From NCBI GenBank assembly GCA_976551045.1, contig CDPCPM010000011.1, positions 2,418,001 to 2,482,000 on the forward strand: a stretch of 64,000 nt of DNA. Direction: 5' to 3'. The notes beneath the pieces were generated by a model, which did no database searches, was not told the DNA's origin, and saw only the letters and a program-made list of their open reading frames with translations. This DNA is from Glaucostegus cemiculus (taxonomy: Eukaryota). The stretch's first letter is position 1, and each line of letters begins with the position of its first letter. A program made the position numbers and the translations under genes. This document shows positions 1 to 12,110 of the stretch, piece after piece.

Positions 1-1289
1 ACCTGGAGGAAAAATTGTCTTTGGTCACTGGTACTAAACAGGTAAGAGTATTGTACATCCTCCTTAATCTTCATTACAATGATTCTTTGGGAAGGTGGTA
101 CAATGAAACAGTAATCTCTATTTCTCATTCCACACCCACACACTCAATCCCGCCTCATATGTGAGGAGTTGCGTGCAATGAATGGCTGATATTTGCACAA
201 GCATTTACTACTGGTGACCTCTTCCCAAGACTTTTATCTATGCTGTCAGGAAATCAATTTAAACCCATCCTGCAGTGTCGTCCTTCTCAGCAATGAGTGA
301 ACAGAGCCCTATCCCTTAACATGGTCTGGATGAGATTGTAGATCCAGGAGAATTGGCCAATTTGCTTGAGACAGCTTTCAGTTCAGCTTTGCAAGTTGAA
401 AGTCATTTTTAGAATAACTTTGTTCTGGTTGAATTGTCGACTGTCTACCCTCCTTCTCCACATTATGGAGGTCTCCACACTCAGCTTGGGTAGAGTAGTT
501 AACCTGGAAAGTATTCCCCAGGTGATATATTTTTCACTGTGTGTAAAATTCAGGAAATGTTGTTTGCCTTAACTGTCACTGTAAACCAATGACATTTCAG
601 TAAAAGAATGCATAACTCTACAAAACACAGGAAGCTAGTTACCATGAGTTTATGTGCAATTCCTCCACAGACCACTATTCAAGTCTCACCCATTAGTTGT
701 GGGACGTACTAAAGCTGAATCCTTGCCAGCTGACTGGTCTGATTCCTATTCAAAGCAACTTGCTTAAGAAATTACTTAAACAGCCCTGTAGACCCCGTAG
801 CTGATAATTTAAAAAATTGATAGTACAGGAAACAGAAATGATCAATTAAGTCCAATGTTATTATTTTCCAGTAACAGCGGAAATTATTTACAATCCCACT
901 CCACTAGAAATCAAATATGACCAAGCCCAGCATTTAATGCACATGACTTCACAATCCACTTTTCATTATGAGAGGGCCAGCGTGAATTGATATTAATTAT
1001 ACTTGTTTTGTGAAGGAGAATAAACGTTGTCATAATCTTTGGAAAAAAGCATTTCTTTGAGATACATGCCTGGAAATGATTGTGGCCAAGTGCCAGCAGG
1101 CTACCAAATGACACTGTTCCACCTCCTATTTTAACAGCAGTGTCAAACAATTAAAAAAAAGGTTAATGCTCTCATTAACGTGGTGCACAGGGAGAAGTCA
1201 CATAAACTAGGTACTGTGTTTCTGAGCTTGTATCTAATGCCGTCCACTACAACATGTATGTTACAGCACGTTCAACCTAGTAAATTATT

Positions 1290-2945
1290 CAAACATTAGA
1301 ATAAGAGCAGAAGTAGCCTTCTGGCCATTCGAGCGTGCTCTGCCATTTATCAAGACCATGGCTGATTCTCTGGGGCAGGCACAGTAGTGTAGCAGTTAGC
1401 GTAACGCTTTACAGCGCCAACAACCCAGGTTCAATTCTGGCCACTGTCTGTAAGGAGTTTGTACATCTCCCAATGTCTGCGTGGGTTTCCTCCGGGTGCT
1501 CTGGCTTCCTCCCACATTCCAAAGATGTACGGTTAGGAATGTTGTGGGCATGCTCTGTTGGTGCCAGGAGCGACACTTGCGGGCTGCCCCCAGAACACTC
1601 GATGCAAAAGGTGCATTTCACTGTGTGTTTTGATGTACATGTGACTAACAAAGATCTCTTACCTTAATTTTCCTGCACTATCCCTGAATCCCTTAATATA
1701 CGGAAATCTGTTGTTCTCTGTTTTGAATTAACTCAATGTCTAACTCTCCACACCCTTTGGCATGGAGAGTTCCAAAGATTTACTGCTCTCTGCATGAAGA
1801 ACTTTCTTCTTATCTCATCATCTACCTCTTATTCTCATAGTGTACCCCAAGTTCTAGCGTCCTCAGCCAGGGGAAACTTCCTCCCTGCATCTATCCTGTC
1901 AATCCTTGGAAGAATTTTGTAAGTTTCAATAAGACCCCCCCCTCATGCTTTTAAACTCTAAAGAACATGGTCCCAGTTTACTCAAACCTGCCACCCTTCA
2001 CTGCACTCCCTCTGTAAAAGCTTACCCTTTCCTTCAGGTAGAGAAAACAGAAGTGTACAAATACTCCAGGTGCTGTCTGACTGGGGTCCTATATAATTTC
2101 AATACCTCTTTAGTTTTGCACTCAAGCTCTCTTATAGTGAAAGCTAACATATCTTCTTGCCTTCCTAATCACTTGCATGTTGGCTTTCAGTGGCATGATA
2201 CAAACACATCCGGATCCCTTGGAATGTCAAATTTGTCCACTCTCTCCAGAGTTAACAAATACTCTCCTTTTCTGTTTTGTGCACCAAAGTGAACAACCTC
2301 ACATTTTTCCATCTGCCATTTTTGCCCGCTCACTCAGCTTGTCCACATCCCCCCGAAGCTTCTCTACATTCTCTTCCTTATTTGCTGTCATGCCCAGTTT
2401 ATATACATATCAGAAAAAAATTCACTTGATCCCCTCAGTCAAATCATCAACATAAATTGTAAATAAATGGGGCCCAACCACTGAACTTTGTGGTACCCTG
2501 CTCATCACAACCTGTTCATTTATTCCGACTCTCTGCTTGTTGTCTAATGATCAATGTTCAGTCCCTGTCAGTATACTCCAATTCTACGTCTCTAATCTTG
2601 AATCAGAGGTTGACCAACGTCCTGTAGGAGATTTATTGAAAGCCTTCTGAAAATCCATATATACCATATCCACTGGATCCCCCTTATATATTCTGCTAGT
2701 CACATCCTCAAAAAACTGACTGCAGATTGGTCAAACATGATTTTCCTTTCATATATTCATGCTGACTCTGCACAATCCTGTTATTCTTTTCAAAGTGTTC
2801 CGTAATCACACCCTTCATTATAGATACCAACATTTTCTCTACTGCTGATATTAGGCTAACAGGTTTGGAGTTCCCTGTTTTCTCCCACCCTCTTTTTTTA
2901 AATAATGGGGGTACATTTGCTAACCTTGAATTACACAGGGACAAT
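1290..2945 (-). mobile_element. Decayed CR1-clade LINE 3' fragment, interrupted by a SINE
   Basis: RT remnant NVPPLFKKRGWEKTGNSKPVSLISAVEKML...QSQHEYMKGKSCLTNL (2708-2930); CR1-type 3' tail near 1290-1370. Confidence 0.85.
1372..1666 (+). mobile_element. tRNA-derived V-SINE (HE1-like)
   Basis: tRNA-like head with B-box GGTTCAATTC, V-domain GCGTGGGTTTCCTCCGGGTGCTCTGGCTTCCTCCCACA, and a LINE-derived tail. Confidence 0.85.
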
Positions 2946-4599
2946 CCTAGAATCCAAATGCACTCCAAGTGCTGACATTAAGCACAGTCTGACACCAAAT
3001 TACGTGAAGAAATTTGAGAGGTAAGTTTTGTGGAGTGCCTTCAATAGCAAGAGGAGTAGAGACATAGAGATGTTTAGGTTGTGAAATGCAGAGCTTTGGG
3101 CCATTGTAACTGAAAGACAGCAGCGGTAAAGCATTTAAAATCAGAGATGTAGAAGAGAGCAGAACCACTGAAGCACAAAGGGTTGTGGGGTTGGAGGAGA
3201 CTGCAGAGAAACTGTAAATTCTTGACTAAAATCATTACTTTTATATTAGGGACCAAACCCTGCCAGAATACAATTTATGAGGAACCTAGTAAAAGAGAGT
3301 CTGGCACTGCAGAAAACTGTGCCGTACACAGAAATAACTTACAACTTTCATCAAAATATGTGAGAATAACTGGATACCCCAGGCCTGTTATAACAGGTTG
3401 CGTAGAAGGAAAATGAAACTGTGTGCAGAAAGAAGGAAAATAAAGTAAGAAGTGGAAATCTGAATGTAACTCATTGCCAATCTGGAGATATTCTGTTAAT
3501 TTGTCCTGAATATAACACAATATCCCTCTTTATGATTTCTCAGTTTTGGTGGGAGGAGGTGGGGGTTTCTTCAAGCTGCACTGGCAGCCTGGAAAGGAAA
3601 GCTGTCATTTTAAATATATATAATACTCCTTCAAATGTGTACCACAAAGAATAGATCAGGTTTTTAAAAACATGAGTATTGGATTCTTCACATTATTACA
3701 GTATATGTGTTCAATTACAAAATTGAAATCAGGTTTTTCTTGGGTTTAAGATTTCATGCCACAAATACTGATTCATTCACGAGTTTCTGAGAATTCCTTT
3801 TAACCTTCCAATTCCCGCATACTGCGATCTTTAAAATTACACAGAAACATATGAGTTATACAGATTATGCAATGAATTGTGGGGGGAAAATGTAACCGAG
3901 CGGCACTCCATTTTCTAACGTACGATCTCACATGCAGTCTAGGTTGCAGGCCACAACAGTGGAGGTTTTGTAAACCATAGCTGTTGATGCTCTGTGCTGA
4001 ATCTATTTCTATATCATTACAAAAAAAACTGTTGGTGGTTGCCTGCTGGACTGGCAAGTAATTAAGTCCTCCCATCCTCATCAGGTGAGTCTTATCTGAG
4101 GACCATTTTTGGTCAATTGATCAAAAATTTCGGGAAAGCAAAAAGTTACATTTCCCAACAGACCTCTTTGAATCGTGCCTTCTTCTAGCCTAATGTGTGA
4201 TCACCAGTGGTATGGTCATGAAGAAAGCTGTCACTTGAGGTCACTGCCAGATGTACGAGAAATCGTTTGTGAAACATTTTGTTGAAACATGTGATGAAAA
4301 GAACAACTTTTTATTGCAGAATACAAGCTGTGTTACAAGAATTCAAGATCCACTGATGCCCACTGCATAGTTCATTTGCATTCTTTAGTTTAGGGCTAAT
4401 AATAAAGATGTCTGTAATATTCATGTTGGAACTTTCTCTTATCTGTTGTTAATTTGATGACCTATATTAAAGACAAATTTTCCTTTATCATTAAAATTTT
4501 TATTCTTCTTTAAACCCTGTGCCTGAAATAGCCTGCACTCAAAAGTTGAAGGCTGTTAAAAAATTAGAGGTAAACTATATCCATTTCCCTTTCAGAAGA

Positions 4600-4860
4600 A
4601 ATCATAGAGAATACTGGAAATACTCAGCAGGTTAGACAGCACCTGCAGAGACAGAACTACAAGGAGTTACCATTTCAGGCCGATGACCTTTCAACAGAAA
4701 TGAGGGAAGTTAGAAATCAAACAAAGGGAATGTTGACAATCTTTCTGGAGGAGATAAAAAAAACCAAAAAAGTTAGAATGATGAGACAAATTCTGTAAAA
4801 CTAAAATACAGCAGATGTTGAAAATTTGAAATATAAACAAAAATGCTGGAAATCAAGAAA
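4600..4860 (-). mobile_element. Penelope-like element terminal-repeat remnant
   Basis: CTGGAAATACTCAGCAGG...TTTCAGGCCGATGACCTTTCAACAG is the reverse complement of the motif at 57597-57690. Confidence 0.6.
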
Positions 4861-5789
4861 CAATCTTATTTTTTTAATCAAGAATTTGTGCTTGCTTGAT
4901 GTATTTTTTTATTACTTTTCCCAAACAAAATATTTTTGTACATTCATGCATAGATTGGTTTCATACATTGACATGGATAAATTTATAGTCCAAAACAAAA
5001 CATCACATAAAAAAGGATTTTGTTTTTGTTCTATGGCGTATAATATTGTCTCAAATGACACCATGATAAACAGCAACCAATGTTAGGCATTGTTCACTCG
5101 CTAATGTAAAATCTGAAATTAATAATTAATAATAACTCAAGAGTATGGCCTACTCGTTGTAATAAAAGCATGGGCATTGGCAACTAATGGTCTCAAACAT
5201 TATGGGAATAGAGATTCCTGATGAATCACAGTGTTTTAAGGACCTGAAATTACTTTCACTTATGAAAACAAATGGATGAAAGGAAATGATGGAAAGAGAA
5301 TAAAGAGTAGGGTGAGCTGTAGGAGGAGAAGAATCAGAGTAGCAGCACAAGCAAGTGAAGTGATTAAAAAACAGGCAAAAGTGGTGATATTGTGCTTTCA
5401 AATCCAAAATGAAACTGCAGAAGGTCACAGATTAAGGGGACAGTTTTGGTTTAACACTTTAGACATCAAAATACCCCTCAGGGTGGGTTCTTAAGATGTG
5501 GCAACACTTCCCCCCAGGTTTCGCACTCTGGTGAAGGAGATGAAGGAGAGATGGGCACCTGAAGCCTCATTAGACAGCTGACTGGCACTAAGAACTGCTC
5601 ATTGTCCATTAAAACAGGCACACAGCTTCTTGGGGACCGATGCTTCAACTGACCTCTCTGTTAACAACCAGCAGCTGTCTGGGAGTAAACAGGACTTGAC
5701 GTCAATTCAAGCACTACTTAAAGGAATACTCAATATTTCATAAGTATTGTTATTAGAATATAAAGAGGAAAGAAAAACTCACACACAAA

Positions 5790-6075
5790 CAAAGTGGCTT
5801 TTTATATCATTTTCAGGATTCCCAAAGTACGTGACAGCTAACAAAATACTTTAGAAATTGTAAGACATATTGTAATGGAGGAAATGCTCTAGCCCATATA
5901 TACATAGCACGATCCCACAAATGATAATGTCATAAAGACCAGCAAACTTGTCTAGTAATGACAAATTAAAGATAATAATGCTCAGGAATGTGGATAGCAT
6001 TGTTCTTCTTTAAACTGGCACAATGGAATCCTTTGCACGCATGGTTAAAGGTAACACTTCCGGCAGTGCACTGGT
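5790..6075 (-). mobile_element. Decayed DeuSINE/SacSINE1-like element
   Basis: Resembles the remembered consensus (TCCCAAAG...GATCCCACAAA...GACCAG...CAGTGCA); a related copy lies at 49640-49955. Confidence 0.55.
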
Positions 6076-7689
6076 GGTGTCCTTCCTTCTCTGGGTGCAG
6101 GCCATCCCTCCACTTCCTCTACCCTCCCTCTGGCTCTGTAGCCCATCCTGTAACGTGCTACTATTTACCAGCCACAGTACTTCATATCTTTTGTGGAAGT
6201 GGTGCCCACAAACAGATAAAAAGTGTCTCATTAGCAACTCCAAGCAGTTTCAAATCATGGGTATCTACAAGTAAGGCCAAGATTGTGCGCTGAATCCAGG
6301 CTTTCAAATGGCCTTGTCTTATTGGCATTCTACCAAATTTTCACATGTTGCCTTTGAGTAAAATAGTCCCCAAGCTATCCTAAATCAAGAGAGGAGGGGA
6401 TGTACTGCCTGAATTACATTTTACTCAGACACATGGACATTGCAGAAATGTGACCATTACTGCAAATGTTAATCACACAAATAGTGTTGTGTGTATTCTA
6501 CTTCAATGGACCAGAATTTCAGAAGCAGACTTCAATGTACACACACAAGCTATTACCCCCTGCATGTGGTGTCTGTGACCAGGAAGGTGTGCCATGTATT
6601 AGACACATTATAACTTTGCTTTTTTGCTCTCTAAAACTCAGAAAGCACAACTATGTGAGCTTGGCTGTTGATGATGCTCCTGCTCCTTGTAGTATTTATG
6701 CAGACTCTCAATGTATATATTTTAATGAATATGATCTAATATCTGACCTAACCAATATACAATAACTCCATGGTAGGAAAGTTATGAAGGGAATTAAGCA
6801 GGAAAGGATGTCTGATGGGTTGGAGGCTACAGCCATGGGAGAAGATTATACAAGTTGGCAGGGATGGAAAAGGCAGGAATATGGTTGTACAGAGAATGTG
6901 TGCTAAAGCTTCAGATTGAAATGTTACTCCACACTGCCGACACCCAATTCTTCACTCAAGTGTTGACAAAGATGGAATATCCTTTGAAACTATCAGAATC
7001 AGAACAAAGCAGTCACATTTTGCAATGCACTATTTTACATCTGTCTGGAATAACAACATGGCTAAGGCATTCACTGCAGTTATTAATACAGTATTACTTT
7101 TTTTCTCAAGCTGTACTGTATAATACACATCACTCTTCAATGTATTTCGATGCCAATCAGGAAGGGAATCCTACTTTGGGGCTGAGAGTATTTGCTATTG
7201 TAGAACTGTCTAAATTCATAGGGTTGTGTTTTTCCATGACAATGTCCAAGACTGCATTTCTAATGGGAACATTCACTTTCTTCAGACAGAGTGATTCCAG
7301 ATTCTTAGAACAGTGAGATGTCTCAGGAAGCTCTGTTCCCACAGTGTTTAAAACCATTTAACATCAATGGAGACAGGCGCAGTGAGTAGTATGTTTTTTA
7401 ATGATAGTGCAACAACCCAGCCAAACATTTATTTATTACATTACAGGAAAGTTTAGGTCATTTAACAGTGGCTAGAGACTTCAGGGAATGTTTGGCCTAA
7501 CTAATGAACTTCACAGGTTGGTATAATATTTCAGTCAGTCGGTATTTGAATATTATTTCTATTGGTGGACCTGCCAAAATTTTGAAAGGGAATGTCTGGA
7601 GAGAGCATAGGCAAGAATTGAATTTTGGTGATGGGGGTGGGAACTAATCTGGGTGGGTGGAGGTTTGGGAAAATGGTAATGAAGCCAAC

Positions 7690-8150
7690 TGTGTGTATTT
7701 GTGCAAGAATGTGTCTGGTGTAGAAGCAGTTGTGTGCCTGACGTGGGAATGTGAGTGGGAGCATAGTTTAGGAGTATGAATGTAAGGTTGTGAGTGTATA
7801 TCTGAGGATATCTGGTGCAGGAGTATGAGTGTGTGCCTGGTGTCAGTGTGTTAGTATCTGTGATGAAGAGGTCTGCGTTGATGCCTGGTGTAACAGTATG
7901 AGTATATGCCCATGGTTAAAGTATTAGTATCTGTAATGTAGGAGTGTGAGAGTGAGTGTGTGTGTGCAGCTTATGGGTGTGAGCGTGTGTGTGCAGTGTT
8001 TGAGCATGAGTGTGTATGTGGTGTAAGATATGAATGTGTGTGTGTGTGCAGTGTAGGGGCGGGCGTGAGTGTACATCCTGTGCAAGTGTATGAATTGGTT
8101 CCTGACAAGGGAGTGGGAGCATGTGCCTGGCACTAGACTGTGAGTGGGCC
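7690..8150. repeat. Degenerate TG-rich low-complexity tract
   Basis: Repeated imperfect TGTGAGTGTG/GAGTATGAG units. Confidence 0.75.
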
Positions 8151-8179
8151 TGGTTTGGCAACAAGTTAGTCTAATTCTT

Positions 8180-9745
8180 CCAGAGTGGGACATTCAGGGA
8201 AAGGGCAGCATTTTCTGCCCATCCTTAATTTCCATTTAGAATGCAGAGGTGAGGTAGACCCACATCGCGGCTGGTTATGGAGATTCAGGATTTAAACAGT
8301 GAAGATGAAGGAGCAGCAAAACTTTACCAAGTGGAATACAGAAGGGAACCTGCAGGTGTTTGTACTTCCATGCACCTACAGCCCTTGTCCTTCTTGGTGG
8401 TCGAGCCTATGGGTTTAGGAGGGGTTGTCAGAAAAGTCTGGGAAAATAACTGCAGTGCATTTTGTAGGTGGTACACACCGCAGCCTCTGGGCACTGATAG
8501 TGGAGGAATGAACATTTAGGGTAGTTGATGGGGTGTCAATCAATCAGTCAGGCTGCTCTGTCCTGGATGCTGGCAAATTTCTTGAGGATTGTTGGTGCTG
8601 CACTTATCCAAGCAAGTGGACAGTATTCCATCATATTCCTGAGATGCCTTGTGGATGATGGAAAGGACTTAGGGTGTCAGGAAGTGAGTCAATTGCTGCA
8701 GGATATCCAGCCTCTGATCTGCTCTTGTAGCCACACTATTTAGGTGTCTGATTCAGTTGTGTTTCTGGTCAACGGTGAACCCCAGGGTGTTGAGGGCAGG
8801 AGATTCAGTGATGGTAATGCCTTTGTATGTCAAGGGTGGGTGGTTAGATTCTCTTGTTGGAGATGGCCATTGGTTAGCATGCTTGTGATACAGATGTTAC
8901 TTGCCACTTAGTGGCCCATACCTGAATGATATCCAGGTCTTGCTGCATGCAGTCTGTTTGCTGCATTTGGTGAGGAGTTGTGAATGGAATTGAACATTGT
9001 ACAGTCATCAGAAACATTCCCCCTTCTGACCTAATAATGAAAAGGTTTGATTGATGAAGCAGGTGAAGGTGTTTAAGCCAAGGACACTGCCCCAAGAACC
9101 TCTGCAGTGATACCCTGGGGCTGGGATGACTGACCACCCTTGTACATTGGTGTATTTTTCACCTTGATTCCCATGGACTTCAGTTTTACAAGGGATCCTT
9201 CATGCCACACTCAGTGAAATGCTGCCGTGATGTCAAGGGCAGCTACTGTCACCTCGTCTACTACAAGTTCCACTGTGATCTTCAAGACGAAATTGGATAA
9301 ATATTTGGTGAAGAAAATTTGCAAAGTGGTGAGAAAGGACCAGGGGATGTGGAATTGGTGAATAGTTCTTTTGGAAAATTGGTGCACACACAATGGGTTG
9401 AATGACCTTCTCCTGCAGTGTAATCATTCTATGGTTTATGAATTCATCTCTTTAATCTATAATGAGGTCTAAAGCCAAGTGGTACTGGTGAAACCCAATC
9501 CGGGCATGAGTGAGCCAACTATTGGTGAGTACGTGCTGCTTGATCGCACCGTTGATGACACCTTCCATCACTGCTGGTGATTGAGGTTGGGCAATAATTA
9601 GCCGATTTGGATTTGTCTGTTTTTTATTGAACAGGACACACCTGGGCAATTTTCCAAGTGAACAAGAGATGCCAGTGTTGCAACTATACTGGAACAGCTT
9701 GGTGAGAAACATGGCTAATTCTGGAGCACGTCTTCACGACTACAA
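8180..9745 (-). mobile_element. Decayed CR1-group LINE (second family) with a nested plus-strand CR1 tail at ~9270-9440
   Basis: RT remnants LTKLFQYSCNTG...VMEGVINGAIKQH, AALDITAAF, QQDLDIIQVWATKWQV. Confidence 0.8.
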
Positions 9746-9789
9746 GAGGAGTTGAAATGGAATGCAACCAGGAGCTAAGGATGGCCATT

Positions 9790-10580
9790 GCACCCACACA
9801 CGTCACCTACTGGATTCCTTCCCATTTCAACTCCTCTTCCCATTCCCACACCAACCTGTTTGTCCTTGGCTTTCTCCACTACCAGGGTGAGGCTTAATGC
9901 AAACTAGAAGAACAACTCATATTCTGTCTATGTAGTCTACAACCCAATGGTATGAACATTTCTTCAATTTCAGGTAACCTTTACCTCCTGTGTCCCCTCT
10001 CTCTCTCCTTCCACCAGTCCTCCCATTTTGTTCCCTTTCCCATACCCTCTCTCCAGCCCCCTATTGTCCCCCTCCCCCTCATGGTTGCATCCACACTTTA
10101 CTTACCAGATCTGCTCGCCCACCTGGTTCCACCTGCCCTTCATCTCCCCCTTAATGGTTCACGTTACCACCAGTTATCAGATTCTAGCACTTGAGAACAT
10201 AAGAAATAGCCGCAGTTGTAGCCTTTGTGTTTCCTCTTGTCACCCTCCAGCTTCTGTCTCCACTTTCATTCTCACCTCCCCCACCTGGCTCCTTCTGCCC
10301 TTTTATTCCTTGCCTGTTTTCACCTATAACCCACCTACCATTGTCTCCCAACTCCACCTCCCTCTCCTTCTGCCCAGCATCCCTCACCACTCCTCAGTTC
10401 ACCTAACACCCACCAGTCCCTGTCTCACTCCTCCCCATCTACTCTTTATACTGGCTATCTTCCCTCTCCTGACAAAGGATCTTGACCTGAATCGTTGACA
10501 ATTCCTTCCCCGCCCCCCCCCCCCCCAAAGATGCTGCTCGATCCATTGAGTTCCTCCAGCAGTTTGTTTTCTGCTTTGGA
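9790..10580 (+). mobile_element. Penelope-like element 3' fragment (end of the GIY-YIG region + terminal repeat)
   Basis: Translates to HFNSSSHSHTNLFVLGFLHYQGEA*CKLEEQLIFCLCSLQPNGMNI, followed by a pyrimidine-rich tract and the terminal motif CTGACAAAGGATCTTGACCTGAATCG...GATGCTGC...CTCCAGCAG. Confidence 0.8.
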
Positions 10581-11881
10581 ATTACATCTTTGCTTGCTTA
10601 AGATTAAAAGGTGAAGCACCTCTTTATGCATGGAACTCACTGTTCAACAACTACCTCTTATTTACTATTTCTTTCCCCTTTCTTATCATCTTTTACCATT
10701 CTTCTTCTGATCTTTGAAACTTTCCCCATTGCTACTCAGTGCTTTATTTATTTGTATTTTTGTGTTGCCTCTTTCTCTGCTGTGAATAACATAGTTCTCC
10801 TCCTGCCAAATCTTTCCTTTCATTCAGTTGCTGTGTCAACTGTTCTTTATCTCAACACCTGTTTCTTTCTTTTAACTAGAGCAGTCATAAAAAATGCTAA
10901 TACAGGCTCAGGAGGTAGTGAGGAAAAGGAAATAGTGGCAATGTGGAGTAGGAGAGAAGGAAAGTTACATAGATACGAAGTAAAGATGAGCAAGGTAATG
11001 GAAAAAGGAAGAAAAATGTGTGAAGCAACAGATCCATCTGGATATGATCTGTGTGGATCATTGATAACAGGCACCACTCCACTGGAGCTGGGATACCTGT
11101 AAAATTCCAGCTTCAATGACTGGAACTTAGCCAGTTGATTTTTATCTGTGACAGCTGTAGGAGTTTCAGAGGAAACAATCAGATTTTCTCACTCCTGATT
11201 ATTGCACATTAACCCATCTTGGGAGCTGGTAACTGCAAGTCAAGGTAAGCATGAAACTTTTGCCCCAGAAATGTCTGTGTCCCCAGACGAGGATCTACCT
11301 AGCAAAGTGGAGAGTTGCCCAGATATGTCCTGTTCAAAAAAAGCAGGGTAAATCCAACCTGGCCAACTATATTCTCATCAACCTATACTCAATCATTAGC
11401 AAAACAACAGTGCTAATAGCATTTCCTTGAAAATAACTCTTCTTACTGATGGTCATGTTTGGTTCTGGCAGAACCGCTTGACTCTACACCATTCTGAGCT
11501 TGGCCTAAATGAGGCCAACCAAAGTGAACTTCAGAACTGTTCCTAACATCACTGCAAGTGTGTTTCAAGGGCATCAGGGATGTCAGTCCCACCGCCCCGA
11601 GTCATACACCATTGTAGTTTGGGTATACATTGGCACATCTTCATCATCACCAGGGAACATCTGCAGAACTCACCAGCTGTAGCAATGAATGCATTCTCCA
11701 GATGGCCTACAGTTGTCCCATCATCTTCCCAAGGATAATTAGGAAAGTAGAACAGGTGTTGGCCCTTCCAACGATACTCAGACCCCATGAATGAACAAAG
11801 AAATGAAGTGTATGGACACTGAGGGGCAGATCATGCCTCTGTACAACAGGGTACAAAAGATCATACTGCGTTCACTGTGTA

Positions 11882-12110
11882 TTTGGTAATTGGTTTATGA
11901 TTGTCACATGTACGAAAGTACAATGAAAAACTTTGTTTTGCATACCATCCATACAGATCATTTCATCACATCAGTGCATTGAGGTAGTACAAGGGAAAAG
12001 CAATGACAGGATTCAGAATATGGTGTCACAACTACAGAGAAGGTGCATTGCAGGCAGACAATAAAGTGCTAGGTCATAACAAGGTAGGTTGTGAGGTCAA
12101 GAGTATATCT
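11882..12110 (-). mobile_element. Rex1/Babar-type LINE 3' tail
   Basis: Reverse complement of the tail at ~48270-48455 (TTTTCA.TGTA...GTACATGTGACAAT.ATAAACCAATTACCAAAT). Confidence 0.75.

Noticed and set aside
1372-1450. tRNA-like sequence
   Set aside because: It is the head of a SINE, not a complete tRNA gene.
10028-11116. 156-aa and 163-aa ORFs
   Set aside because: They arise from pyrimidine-rich low-complexity and Penelope sequence.
11549-11788. FMGS motif as a possible next BAHCC1 exon
   Set aside because: The flanking residues (EYRWKG) do not match the expected SSFMGSFLTSS.
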